A model generated the notes under the pieces. The model searched no databases, was not told the origin of the DNA, and saw only the letters and a program-made list of their open reading frames with translations. Both the position numbers and the translations under genes were made by a program. Below, in pieces: positions 16,785 to 26,254 of a DNA stretch of 64,000 nucleotides. Numbering within the stretch: the first letter of the stretch is position 1; each line of letters starts with the position of its first letter. Source of the stretch: Candidatus Thorarchaeota archaeon (GTDB lineage: Archaea; Asgardarchaeota; Thorarchaeia; Thorarchaeales; Thorarchaeaceae); NCBI GenBank assembly GCA_048882965.1, contig JBHLRC010000001.1, positions 18,716 to 82,715 on the forward strand, read 5' to 3'.

Positions 16785-16839
16785 TCAGTGAATGATAAGC
16801 GGCCTGATTGACTTGGCTCTTAAGTATGATGGTGTGCAA

Positions 16840-17448
16840 TCAATTCGTCTTATTCATTTCAATTAATGTAGACTGATATTTGTAAAATCGGTATCCTGCA
16901 GTAGCTAGACCCATGAAACTGACGACTACTAGACCCCATAACAATTGATTCAGAATAGAGAAGACCACCAGAGTGAATAATCTCTCAGAGCGTGCACCTA
17001 AACCAATGTCCAAATCTTTTACACCCAGACTGGATGCTCGAGAGCGTGTATAACTTGTTAGCAACCAACCGGCAATGGCAATAATGACCCATAGTTCGAT
17101 TTGTAGACCGAGGAAGATAGTTCCTGAAAACGCAAGAACAATTGACAACAGAATCAAAATCTCAGATATTTTATCTACAACAGAATCAGTGAATGCGCCA
17201 AGGTCTGATGCAGAATTCATCTCACGAGCTATAGCCCCATCAACTCCATCAAAAAGACCACAGAGGAATACAAAGACTCCGAAGATAATGGAAGATCCTG
17301 TCAGATTTAGGGTCAAAGCAGCCACCAAAGCAAGGAGAAGACTGAAGTAAGTGACAGTATTTGGTCGAACACCAGATTTTGCCAACGGACGAGCTATCAG
17401 CATAACAAGACCCTTGAAGATTCGTCTGATTCTGAACCTGCTTGGCAT
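16840..17448 (-). CDS. CDP-alcohol phosphatidyltransferase family protein
   Basis: Signature D-G-x2-A-R-x8-G-x3-D-x3-D is present in FDGVDGAIAREMNSASDLGAFTDSVVDKISE. Polytopic membrane protein. I chose ATG at 17448 because the ORF extension to 17631 overlaps the upstream gene, which ends at 17453. Confidence 0.85.
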   Translation of the reverse strand: MPSRFRIRRIFKGLVMLIARPLAKSGVRPNTVTYFSLLLALVAALTLNLTGSSIIFGVFVFLCGLFDGVDGAIAREMNSASDLGAFTDSVVDKISEILILLSIVLAFSGTIFLGLQIELWVIIAIAGWLLTSYTRSRASSLGVKDLDIGLGARSERLFTLVVFSILNQLLWGLVVVSFMGLATAGYRFYKYQSTLIEMNKTN

Positions 17449-17452
17449 AGTT

Positions 17453-18460
17453 TTACGCCTCCGCGTGATATGGTACTGATTTGTAAATGACACTTCTGTA
17501 TAAACGACTCCGAGATGGAATTTGTGAGTCACCAAAGATAACAGAATCAGTGATTTCACAGTGCGCAGAAATTGTACTATTAGAACTGATGGTGACATTA
17601 GGTCCAATCGTACAATTTTCTCCAATCTCACAGCGTCGGGTAATCAAAACCGGTCCGCGAATTGCGGTCCCATTTCCGAGTTTGATTCCAGATTTCAGGG
17701 ATATGAAACCACCCACCTCTATTGTATCTCCTGGGGGAATATAGACTGACTCAGTATCTTGGAGGTCAATCAGACGAAGGAGGTGTTTATTTGCAGCAAG
17801 GACATCAGACAGAGTATCTATATCAAACCATGATTTTGAAACTTGATAGCTTCTTATGCGTCCGTTGCTTTTGATGATTTGTTCCAGAAGCTGAGCAACC
17901 CGTTCTTTCCCACTATCAAGCACAGATTTGCAGACATCCCTGATACTGGTATGGGCAACTAGCATCATAGCACTCCGGGTAATATCCTTCTCTTCTGAAT
18001 CAACAACACCGATGTGGGTTACAAGACCATCCTCTTCTAGATTCACAATAGTACCTGTTTCTGTATTATGTCCCACTGCAAGTGTCATGCTAGCTGGGAT
18101 TTTAGCGGCAAAATGGAAGTTTTGAATCCCTATCATACTATTGGTGTCTATCACAGCATCAACTGGTGATAGAAGGAAGTCGTCATCAAAAGTTTCAATG
18201 GCAGAGAGGAATGTCTGAAGTGGGCCTCTCTCGTAATCAGGAACATTCACAATTCTTGTATCAACATGATGCTCTGATATGAAGTCCTCAATCATCCCAC
18301 TTTTCCAACCTACTGCAATCACAATGTCTTTGATTCCAGATTGTTTGTATCGGTCTACTGCCCACTCCAGAAGTGTTTTACCAGCGATATTGACCAGAGC
18401 TTTTGGTATATTATCTGTCAGAGGACGCATTCGTTCTCCTTTTCCAGCAGCAAGTATCAC
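17453..18460 (-). CDS. Sugar-phosphate/alcohol-phosphate nucleotidyltransferase with a C-terminal left-handed beta-helix domain
   Basis: ILAAGKGERMRPLTDNIPKALVNIAGKTLLEW is the NTP-transferase G-x-G-x-R motif. Hexapeptide-like repeats occur in the C-terminus (IGENCTIGPNVTISSNSTISAHCEI). GTG start. Confidence 0.8.
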   Translation of the reverse strand: MILAAGKGERMRPLTDNIPKALVNIAGKTLLEWAVDRYKQSGIKDIVIAVGWKSGMIEDFISEHHVDTRIVNVPDYERGPLQTFLSAIETFDDDFLLSPVDAVIDTNSMIGIQNFHFAAKIPASMTLAVGHNTETGTIVNLEEDGLVTHIGVVDSEEKDITRSAMMLVAHTSIRDVCKSVLDSGKERVAQLLEQIIKSNGRIRSYQVSKSWFDIDTLSDVLAANKHLLRLIDLQDTESVYIPPGDTIEVGGFISLKSGIKLGNGTAIRGPVLITRRCEIGENCTIGPNVTISSNSTISAHCEITDSVIFGDSQIPSRSRLYRSVIYKSVPYHAEA

Positions 18461-18526
18461 TCCGTGGATGTTAATTCCTCCATAGAAAGACTATCGAACG
18501 GAAGTGCCATATGTGTGTTTGCAGGG

Positions 18527-19252
18527 ATGAATGTGGGAACACAATTGAGTGCCGAAATTATGCGAATTGAGGATCTAGAGAGATGTGATAGTGTCATAGA
18601 GAGAGCTGCAGAAGTGATTGCTGGAGGCGGTATAGTAGCATATCCCACAGATACGAGTTATGGACTCGGATGTGACCCTAGAAATCGTGAGTCTTTGGAA
18701 CGACTGATTGCTGTAAAAAGGCGTGACAGAGGACTTGGGTTTCCGCTGCTATTTGCAGATGAAACCCAGTGTGAGTTATACCATGAGTTTCAAGATTTGG
18801 AACGGATAATTGCAAGGGTGTTTTGGCCGGGTGCACTCACATTGATTGTGGAGGCAAGAACAAATGTTCCTGCACACATTACTGCTGGGAGGAGTACTAT
18901 TGCAATTAGGGTTCCGGATCATACAGTCCCGAGAGGAATATCTAGGAAAATTGGAGGTCCTATTATAGGTACAAGTGCCAATCGAAGTGGTGGACCTAGC
19001 CCATTCAATTTGTCAGTTGCATTGGAACAGCTAGGCGATGAAGTAGACCTGTACATTGATGGTGGGCCGTCTTCTGTGCAACACAACTCCACAATTATCG
19101 GAATTGAACAAGGCGAGATACCTGAAGGCCCATTAAATATCAAGGTATTCCGAGAAGGCGCTTTGCCCATTGTAGAAATCGAGGCAAATCTTAAGGTTCA
19201 CTCCGATGCAATGAGATTCTGGAGTGCACGTATAATTGAGCCGGATATGTGA
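18527..19252 (+). CDS. tsaC: L-threonylcarbamoyladenylate synthase (Sua5/TsaC/YrdC family)
   Basis: YrdC-domain motifs are present: GGIVAYPTDTSYGLGCD, AVKRRDRGLGFPLLF, WPGALTLIV, IAIRVPDH, GTSANRSGGPSP. I chose ATG at 18527; the ORF from 18341 overlaps the divergent gene. Confidence 0.85.
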   Translation: MNVGTQLSAEIMRIEDLERCDSVIERAAEVIAGGGIVAYPTDTSYGLGCDPRNRESLERLIAVKRRDRGLGFPLLFADETQCELYHEFQDLERIIARVFWPGALTLIVEARTNVPAHITAGRSTIAIRVPDHTVPRGISRKIGGPIIGTSANRSGGPSPFNLSVALEQLGDEVDLYIDGGPSSVQHNSTIIGIEQGEIPEGPLNIKVFREGALPIVEIEANLKVHSDAMRFWSARIIEPDM

Positions 19253-19797
19253 GGCGAGAGAGACTGCAAGAATACAATCTACTTGTGTCATGTCCAAGAG
19301 ATCGCGAGCGTGCGGCAACGTCGGAGATTAGATACTTCATTGGAGACCTACTTGAAGACGCTGATCTGAAGGTCTCTAGAACGCCAATCTCGGGGCTGCT
19401 CGCATGTAAGACATCACTAGATCCTTTCGAAGTGGTTCAGAGGCTTAGAGAGTTTGCGGTTGAAAACCCTTACCAGTTTCGTTTTGCCATTAAATTCACA
19501 CCTATAGAGGAATGTGTTGAGTCAGATATGGATAAGATTGTGGAAGCTACTGAGCGGCTTCTACCAAAGATTGGAGAAGATGAGAGTTTTCGTGTGACAG
19601 TCAGGCGGCGACATACAGAACTTGAGAACATGGAAGTAGTGAAGGCGGTCGCAGAAGTCATTCCAAGAAAAGTCAATCTTGATTCACCAGACAAGACAGT
19701 GCTAGTGGAGATTGTTGGCGAGTGGACAGGTGTTTCAATACTCGCTGATAACGATGACACCTTGTCTATTATGACAATGCGCGATGACTTGTACTGA
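19249..19797 (+). CDS. THUMP-domain RNA-binding protein
   Basis: The layout matches small archaeal THUMP proteins (YNLLVSCPRDRERAATSEIRYF...FRVTVRRRH...VLVEIVGEW). The GTG start overlaps the Sua5 stop (GTGA). Confidence 0.6.
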   Translation: MRRERLQEYNLLVSCPRDRERAATSEIRYFIGDLLEDADLKVSRTPISGLLACKTSLDPFEVVQRLREFAVENPYQFRFAIKFTPIEECVESDMDKIVEATERLLPKIGEDESFRVTVRRRHTELENMEVVKAVAEVIPRKVNLDSPDKTVLVEIVGEWTGVSILADNDDTLSIMTMRDDLY

Positions 19798-19798
19798 A

Positions 19799-20380
19799 TC
19801 AACTATCAAATGCCACAAGAGAGACCCTACTTGCAATGCAGCGAGAGAGAGCAGCTAATTGAGATTCAAGATCATTCGAATCTGAGATGGCTTCAATCTC
19901 CTCTTTGTTAATTTGGAATTGATTCCTTATTCGTTCGAACCGGTCTTTCGTAGGATTGAAGGGAGAAACGAGTTCTTGTCCTATCTTCTCGGTTAGACTC
20001 TGAATTGCTTCTTTCACAATTGAAACATTGTTCCCAACTACGACAACTGCGATCTCGTCAAGACCATCATAAATCCCGAGCAACTCAAGAGCTTTCCCAA
20101 TTTGTCGCTGAGCAGATGCAAAGACGATGATTTCCACATCTAAACTCCTGGAGAGCATATAATCCCCTTTTTGAGCATTGATTGCATTCTGCGCCGCTGA
20201 AAGGAGATGAGGCGTTCCTGAAATCAGTAAACCATTTAGTAATTGAATGGTGATAGAATCACTAGACATAGAGGTGGCTATTCGTACTAGTTCATTCTTG
20301 GTTAAGTTGTTAGAATTATGAAGTTCAGTGATTCCAACGACCTCGTCGCCATCCTCGTTTCCTAGTTTTTCAATTCTCAA
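19799..20380 (-). CDS. cgi121: KEOPS complex subunit Cgi121-like
   Basis: IQLLNGLLISGTPHLLSAAQNAINAQKGDYMLSRSLDVEIIVFASAQRQIGKALELLGI matches the recalled Cgi121 pattern (H-L..A...A...; E.l.y.sg.rqI..A). The start is uncertain: TTG at 20380, with no nearby ATG. Confidence 0.6.
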   Translation of the reverse strand: MRIEKLGNEDGDEVVGITELHNSNNLTKNELVRIATSMSSDSITIQLLNGLLISGTPHLLSAAQNAINAQKGDYMLSRSLDVEIIVFASAQRQIGKALELLGIYDGLDEIAVVVVGNNVSIVKEAIQSLTEKIGQELVSPFNPTKDRFERIRNQFQINKEEIEAISDSNDLESQLAALSRCIASRVSLVAFDS

Positions 20381-20395
20381 TATGTGAACCTCATA

Positions 20396-20977
20396 TCATA
20401 ACCGCTTGATGAAATAATCTGCAACAGTTGGTTCAAATCCTACTTCAAAAACGAGTTTGTCACGAATCTGTTTCTTTGAAAGGGATTCATCCTCAGCTTT
20501 GAAAAGCTTGACAAGGTCAATGATTGATGCACGATTCTCCCAAGGATACACAATCCAGCTTGTGGTTTCAACCATGAAGAAATCAGGTTTCACAGCGGAT
20601 GTCGGTTTATAGTGGAGCACTGCAGATCGGACTTCTTTGACACCTAGCTCCTTTACATGATTTATCGCATGCAGCAGTGTGTCTCCGGTGTCTGCCACCT
20701 CATCAACCAAGAGCATCCTTTTCTGCTTCATTGAACCAGTCAAAGGCTGTGTGATCTTAGGTTCTTTTCCCTTAGCACCAACATCGGTATAATACTCAAT
20801 GCGAATATTCTGTAGTGTGTTTGTATAAAGGACATCTGAGAGGATACGGGCGGGAATCCAACCTCCTCGGGCAATTCCTACAATGACATCAGGAATGAAT
20901 TGACTATTCACAATTCGCTCAGATAATTGAAGAGTGAGATTATACACATCACTCCAGCTTAAAATCAAATAATCCAT
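20396..20977 (-). CDS. Purine (hypoxanthine/guanine-type) phosphoribosyltransferase
   Basis: PRPP-binding motif MLLVDEVADTGDTL and an N-terminal IVGIARGGWIPARIL. Confidence 0.8.
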   Translation of the reverse strand: MDYLILSWSDVYNLTLQLSERIVNSQFIPDVIVGIARGGWIPARILSDVLYTNTLQNIRIEYYTDVGAKGKEPKITQPLTGSMKQKRMLLVDEVADTGDTLLHAINHVKELGVKEVRSAVLHYKPTSAVKPDFFMVETTSWIVYPWENRASIIDLVKLFKAEDESLSKKQIRDKLVFEVGFEPTVADYFIKRL

Positions 20978-21095
20978 CGTACAGCGCTCCGATTCGACCC
21001 TATGGATTTCGAGAGATAATCCCTAATTAATTAGTCTGATTAGATGTAACACAATCTAAATCAGAGAGTCCGTATTTGAAGAACGTGTGACAAGA

Positions 21096-22361
21096 ATGAA
21101 ACCGGACCTTCTCCTGACCGATATTGGACAGATAGCGACTTTGGCTGGACATAGCGAAAACCCAAAGATTGGTTCACAGATGAATGACGTGTCTATAATC
21201 GAGAATGGCGCGATTGCTATCAAGGATGGTAAAATCATGGCCGTAGGACCAACAAAAGAGGTTTTGTCACAGGTCACTGAAGAACCGAAACTACCAGCAA
21301 TAGAGTTTCCAGGCATGTTAGCGACCCCCGGGTTCATAGATAGCCACACTCATCTTGCGTTCGGAGGCTCAAGAGAAAACGACTTTGCAATGAAGCTAGC
21401 GGGAAAGTCGTATCTGGAAATCTTAGAAGCAGGTGGCGGTATTCTCAATACTCTTAGGTCCACTAGAAAGGCAACTCCAGATGAGTTGGTCAGCAATGCA
21501 TTCTCATATGGTGAGGGAATGCTGAGCATGGGAACCACGACTATCGAGGCAAAAAGTGGATACGGGCTAGATACAGAGAATGAACTAAAATTACTCAGAG
21601 CGGTAGAAACTCTCAAGGAAAAGCTACCTATCAATCTAGTATCAACGTTCTTGGGAGCTCATGCTATACCTCCAGAGTATGAAGGGAGGACTGACGATTA
21701 TGTGGACCTTATCATAGACGAAATGATACCTATTGTATCTGAAAATGGACTTGCTGAGTTCTGTGATGTGTTTTGCGAGGAAGGTGTCTTTGATATTGAC
21801 CAATCGCGAAGAATCTTACTTGCTGCGAGAGAGAAAGGAATGAAACTCAAGGTCCATGCAGATGAAATAGTTCAGCTTGGAGGAGCATCTCTTGCTGCGG
21901 AGGTCGGAGCAGTTTCAGCAGATCACCTTTTGATGGCCTCAGATGTAGGACTGGAGGAAATGGTGAAAGCAGGCACGATTGCGACACTATTACCAGCAAC
22001 TGCATTCAGTCTAGACACAGAATATGCTGATGCTCGTAAGATGATTGAGATGGGACTACCTGTCGCCTTGGCGACTGATTTCAATCCCAATTGCGCAAAC
22101 GAGTCACTATTCTTCACTATTGCACTCTCATGTTACAAAATGAAGATGAAACCAAGAGAGGCTCTTTCTGCTGTCACCATAAATGCAGCCCACGCCTTGG
22201 AAAGAGGAGAAACCCATGGAAGCATCGAGGCTGGCAAAGTCGCGGACATTCTAATTCTCGATTGTCCAAATCCGGAGTACCTCACTTGGAGATTTGGTGC
22301 CAACCTAGTTCACACAGTTATCTCAAATGGGCAAGTTATTCATACAAAATTGGGACCTTAA
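21096..22361 (+). CDS. hutI: Imidazolonepropionase
   Basis: PGFIDSHTHLAFGGSR, GTTTIEAKSGYGL, KVHADE and ALATDFNP are amidohydrolase-fold HutI motifs. ATG at 21096. Confidence 0.9.
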   Translation: MKPDLLLTDIGQIATLAGHSENPKIGSQMNDVSIIENGAIAIKDGKIMAVGPTKEVLSQVTEEPKLPAIEFPGMLATPGFIDSHTHLAFGGSRENDFAMKLAGKSYLEILEAGGGILNTLRSTRKATPDELVSNAFSYGEGMLSMGTTTIEAKSGYGLDTENELKLLRAVETLKEKLPINLVSTFLGAHAIPPEYEGRTDDYVDLIIDEMIPIVSENGLAEFCDVFCEEGVFDIDQSRRILLAAREKGMKLKVHADEIVQLGGASLAAEVGAVSADHLLMASDVGLEEMVKAGTIATLLPATAFSLDTEYADARKMIEMGLPVALATDFNPNCANESLFFTIALSCYKMKMKPREALSAVTINAAHALERGETHGSIEAGKVADILILDCPNPEYLTWRFGANLVHTVISNGQVIHTKLGP

Positions 22362-23890
22362 TTCTCATAGAGTGATCCTGTTATAGACTCAACCGATCCG
22401 ACTATATCACCAGTGTGCATTAGATTTAGAATCTTAGAGATATCAGGGGACAGGGGACGGTCATCTTCCAATTTTGGAACTACACCCCTGATTGTTTTGT
22501 AAGCCTCCTGGATAGGTTCTGATGGCTTTAAAGGAGCAAGATAATCCAGACCTTGACAGGCACACATATACTCGATTGCAATAACATTTTGCGCATTTTC
22601 AAGAATGTTTGAAGCTTTTCTAGCAGCTATTGTACCCATACTTACATGATCCTCTTGATCCGCACTTGTGGGGATTGAGTCAACACTGGCGGGATGGGCA
22701 AAAATCTTGTTTTCCGAAACTAAGGCGGCAGCTGTATATTGTGCAATCATCATTCCAGACTCTAAACCACCCTCAGTGGTGAGGAACGCAGGCAATTCAC
22801 TCAGATGAGGATTGACTAGACGGTTGATTCGTCGTTCTGAGATGTTAGCGATTTCAGATATAGCAATTCCAAGAAAGTCCATTGCTAAAGCCACTGGTTG
22901 TCCATGAAAATTACCTCCAGAAATAACAACCCCATCATCACCAAACACGAGGGGATTATCAGTTGCAGAGTTTATCTCGGTTTCAAGAACACTATACACA
23001 TACCTTATTGCGTCCAAGGAGGCCCCCAAAACTTGGGGTATGCATCGAAGTGAATATGCATCTTGTATCTTTCCGCAGTCAGCATGAGACTGGTTTATCT
23101 CGCTATCAATGAGTATTTTCCTCTGCGCTGCTGCAACATCAACCTGTCCCTCATGTGGCCTAATCAAGTGTATTCGCTCATCAGAAGCTACTCGAGTTCC
23201 GCGGAGAGCTTCAAGACTCATGGAAGATGCGATAGTTGCATCATGGATCAAACGCAGTGCATCGAATGTTGCTAAGACACCTACAGAGCTCATAGGTTGA
23301 GTTCCATTGATTAACGCTACACCCTCTTTGGCTTGCAAAACAAGAGGTTTGATACCTGCCTTTTTTAGAGCTGCTTTGCCACTCATGACCTTACCAGATA
23401 CTTCAGCTTCTCCTTCACCAATTAGGACTAATGCCATATGTGCCAACGGAGCTAAATCACCACTCGATCCGACCGAGCCCTTCTGTGGAACGACAGGAGT
23501 GACGTCTTTGTTTAGTAAATCCAGTAGGGTTCCGATGACCTCAAGGCGAACACCAGAGTAGCCTTTTGCAAGCGCATTTGCTCGTAGAAGCATCATCCCC
23601 CGAACTATTTCTCGTGAGAAGGGTAGTCCAACACCCGCACTATGGCTGCGAAGTATATTGACCTGAAGTCGTTCCAAGTCATCTTTCTTGATGGAAACAT
23701 TGGCGAGATCCCCAAAGCCAGTATTGACACCATAGACAGCCCTACCTTCCTTAATTGCAGATTCCACTACCGCACGACTGCTTTTGATGCCAGAGATTGC
23801 GGATTCATGTAAAATGACAACTTCATTGTATCGTGCTACCTGCACTACATCTTCTAGAGTGAGACTCTCACCATCAATCATGACTGGCAT
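22358..23890 (-). CDS. hutH: Histidine ammonia-lyase
   Basis: YGVNTGFG, the MIO region GSVGSSGDLAPLAH, NGTQ, and QDAYSLRC...NFHGQP. ATG at 23890 (MPVMIDGESLTL) fits HAL N-termini better than the extended ORF. Confidence 0.9.
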   Translation of the reverse strand: MPVMIDGESLTLEDVVQVARYNEVVILHESAISGIKSSRAVVESAIKEGRAVYGVNTGFGDLANVSIKKDDLERLQVNILRSHSAGVGLPFSREIVRGMMLLRANALAKGYSGVRLEVIGTLLDLLNKDVTPVVPQKGSVGSSGDLAPLAHMALVLIGEGEAEVSGKVMSGKAALKKAGIKPLVLQAKEGVALINGTQPMSSVGVLATFDALRLIHDATIASSMSLEALRGTRVASDERIHLIRPHEGQVDVAAAQRKILIDSEINQSHADCGKIQDAYSLRCIPQVLGASLDAIRYVYSVLETEINSATDNPLVFGDDGVVISGGNFHGQPVALAMDFLGIAISEIANISERRINRLVNPHLSELPAFLTTEGGLESGMMIAQYTAAALVSENKIFAHPASVDSIPTSADQEDHVSMGTIAARKASNILENAQNVIAIEYMCACQGLDYLAPLKPSEPIQEAYKTIRGVVPKLEDDRPLSPDISKILNLMHTGDIVGSVESITGSLYEN

Positions 23891-24040
23891 TTTATCCACC
23901 AGAGTCTTTTCTTGACTACATCTACTATTCAGTAGTTGCAGCTGGGAGAGGGTCATGGATGCTCGCTTTAGTAGTTATCGTTGAACATGGGAGTCTAGAA
24001 TGTTTGCTCTGATGGAGATTAACCCTTAGCAAGTGTGGTA

Positions 24041-26062
24041 CTAAGAGTCCTTCAGAGCATCTTTGACCAGTTTTTCAACAAAGCCGGTTTCTGGAATATA
24101 TGGAAGTGAAATCTGACCCTTCTTTCCAAGTCGTTGGTTCCATTCTATCACAGTTTCAACTGCGTGCTCATTTCTCGCCCAAGCACGCCGTGCAACACCA
24201 CCCATCACATCCCAGTCAAGTGAGGATCGGATGATGTTGTCAACTCGCTCGCTACCATCCAAGACCAAACCAAATCCCCCATTGATTGCCTTTCCTGTTC
24301 CAACTCCCCCGCCATTGGAGAGAACACAGAGAGTCATTCCGCGGGCTATATTTCCAGCCCAACACTGGTGCGCCATGTCACTCATGACATTGCTAGCATC
24401 ACGAATATTCGAGGTCTCTCTGAAGGGCGAGTCTGTCCCGCCTGTGTCATGATGATCCCTTCCCAACATAATAGGACCGACCTTCTTCTCTCGGACCATC
24501 TTGTTGAAGGCAAGAGCGATGTCCACACGTCCTAGAGCATCAGCATAGAGAATACGAGCTTGAGAACCAACAACGAGGGAGTTTTTCTCAGCGTCCCTGA
24601 TCCAAGCGTGATTGTCCCTGTCCTGTCCCCGACGGTCCGGATTGATTCTTGACATGGCCATCTTGTCAGTGGCTGAAAGGTCTTCATGTTTTCCGCTAAG
24701 ACAGACCCATCTGAACGGACCATATCCATAATCAAAGCATATGGGACCCATTATGTCTTCAACGTAAGAGGGAAATATGAACCCATCAGAGGTGTCTGTC
24801 CCATTTTTTGCTATGCCCTTAACTCCCGCATCAAAGACTGCTTTCATGAAGCTATTTCCATAGTCCCAGAAATGTGTACCCTTCTTTGTCATAGCTTCTA
24901 TGAGTTCGAACTGCTTACGAAGGGATTGGTCAACCAGCTGGTTGAACCGTTCGCGGTCTGTTCTTAGTAACTCACGACCTTCCTCGAATGTAACACCTTG
25001 AGGTGTATATCCGCCATCATAAACAGCATGACAGGAGGTCTGGTCTGATGCAAGCTCAATCTTGATGTCGTTCTGAAGAGCGTAATTCCAGAGGTCTACA
25101 ACATTCCCGTAGTATCCTATAGATACTGGTTCTCCACTGGCACGGTGCTCATCCACCCAGCCAAATATCTCTTCAAGGTCCGAAGAGTGTTTTCTAAGCC
25201 AGCCCTGTTTGGTACGTGTATCTATACGACTTTTGTCGACCTCAGCAATAACACCGATACCTCCAGCAATCTCAACAGCTTTAGCCTGTGCTCCACTCAT
25301 CCCCCCGAGCCCTGATGTCAAGAACACCTTTCCACTCAAATCGCCATCATCAGGGATTCCAAGATATAGTCGCCCTGCGTTCAAGAGAGTGATGTAAGTC
25401 CCATGGACAATTCCTTGAGGACCAATATACATCCAGCCTCCTGCTGTCATCTGACCATAATTCGCTACACCCATGGCTGTAGCATGATGGAATCCCTCAG
25501 GATTGTCGAACATCCCCACCATGAGACCATTAGTTGTGATTGCTCGTGGCGCAGTTTTGTGTGATGGAAAAAGACCAACTGGATGGCCTGAACTGACAAC
25601 AAGTGTTTGCTCATCGGTCATGGCTTCGAGATATTTTTTGATAAGTTGATATTGCATCCAGTTCTGACAAACCTGACCCGATTCACCGTATGTGACAAGT
25701 TCGTAAGGATATAATGCCACATCAAAGTCCAGATTGTTATCAATCATGACTTGGATTGCTCGAGCTTCAAGAATTCCCCTGTACTCATCAACTGGTTTCG
25801 CCTTGATAGCACCTGGCGGGCGATATCGATAACCGTAGATTCGACCTCTTGTCATGAGTTCATTAAGGAATTCAGGTGCAAGAGTTTCGTGGAGACTCTC
25901 AGGCACATAACGTAACGCATTCTTGACTGCAATGACTGTATTTGTGGGGCTCAAATCATACCCCCTGTTAGGAGCCCGTCGATAGTGCAAATCAAAGACA
26001 GGTTCTGGAGGAAGGCCTTGTGACAATTTGATGGTCATCGCTTTAGAAATGTCAAAACGCAT
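24041..26062 (-). CDS. hutU: Urocanate hydratase, long (about 670 aa) form
   Basis: Urocanase motifs are present: GMSGAQ, GPFRWVCLSG, MLGRDHHD. At 673 aa it is clearly longer than the roughly 555-aa bacterial HutU as I recall it. Confidence 0.9.
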   Translation of the reverse strand: MRFDISKAMTIKLSQGLPPEPVFDLHYRRAPNRGYDLSPTNTVIAVKNALRYVPESLHETLAPEFLNELMTRGRIYGYRYRPPGAIKAKPVDEYRGILEARAIQVMIDNNLDFDVALYPYELVTYGESGQVCQNWMQYQLIKKYLEAMTDEQTLVVSSGHPVGLFPSHKTAPRAITTNGLMVGMFDNPEGFHHATAMGVANYGQMTAGGWMYIGPQGIVHGTYITLLNAGRLYLGIPDDGDLSGKVFLTSGLGGMSGAQAKAVEIAGGIGVIAEVDKSRIDTRTKQGWLRKHSSDLEEIFGWVDEHRASGEPVSIGYYGNVVDLWNYALQNDIKIELASDQTSCHAVYDGGYTPQGVTFEEGRELLRTDRERFNQLVDQSLRKQFELIEAMTKKGTHFWDYGNSFMKAVFDAGVKGIAKNGTDTSDGFIFPSYVEDIMGPICFDYGYGPFRWVCLSGKHEDLSATDKMAMSRINPDRRGQDRDNHAWIRDAEKNSLVVGSQARILYADALGRVDIALAFNKMVREKKVGPIMLGRDHHDTGGTDSPFRETSNIRDASNVMSDMAHQCWAGNIARGMTLCVLSNGGGVGTGKAINGGFGLVLDGSERVDNIIRSSLDWDVMGGVARRAWARNEHAVETVIEWNQRLGKKGQISLPYIPETGFVEKLVKDALKDS

Positions 26063-26254
26063 TAGATCACTTCCAGTGGTTGTGTTTCTTTATACTGACT
26101 CCCTCATAAAATACTCGTTGAATTGACCCTAATCGAATTGATTGAGTGCAATCTTGTGATTCAGGCAATGGTTACAAAAATTAATTAGATAGTAAGTAGA
26201 GTATTTAATTTACATGTTATTCAATTTAATTATTGGTTAAAAGGGAGTGTGTAA

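Noticed and set aside
17449-17631. N-terminal extension of the CDP-alcohol phosphatidyltransferase ORF
   Set aside because: It overlaps the C-terminal hexapeptide-repeat region of the upstream nucleotidyltransferase. ATG 17448 lies 4 nt after that gene's stop and gives a normal N-terminus.
18341-18526. N-terminal extension of the Sua5/TsaC ORF
   Set aside because: It overlaps the 5' end of the divergent nucleotidyltransferase gene, and its sequence (MFVSVYCPLQKCF...) is unlike YrdC N-termini.
26063-26254. Very AT-rich 190-nt region considered as a replication origin or mobile-element end
   Set aside because: I saw no ORB-like repeats, no cdc6/orc gene nearby and no inverted terminal repeats. 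It is consistent with a divergent promoter region between hutU and the secreted protein gene.
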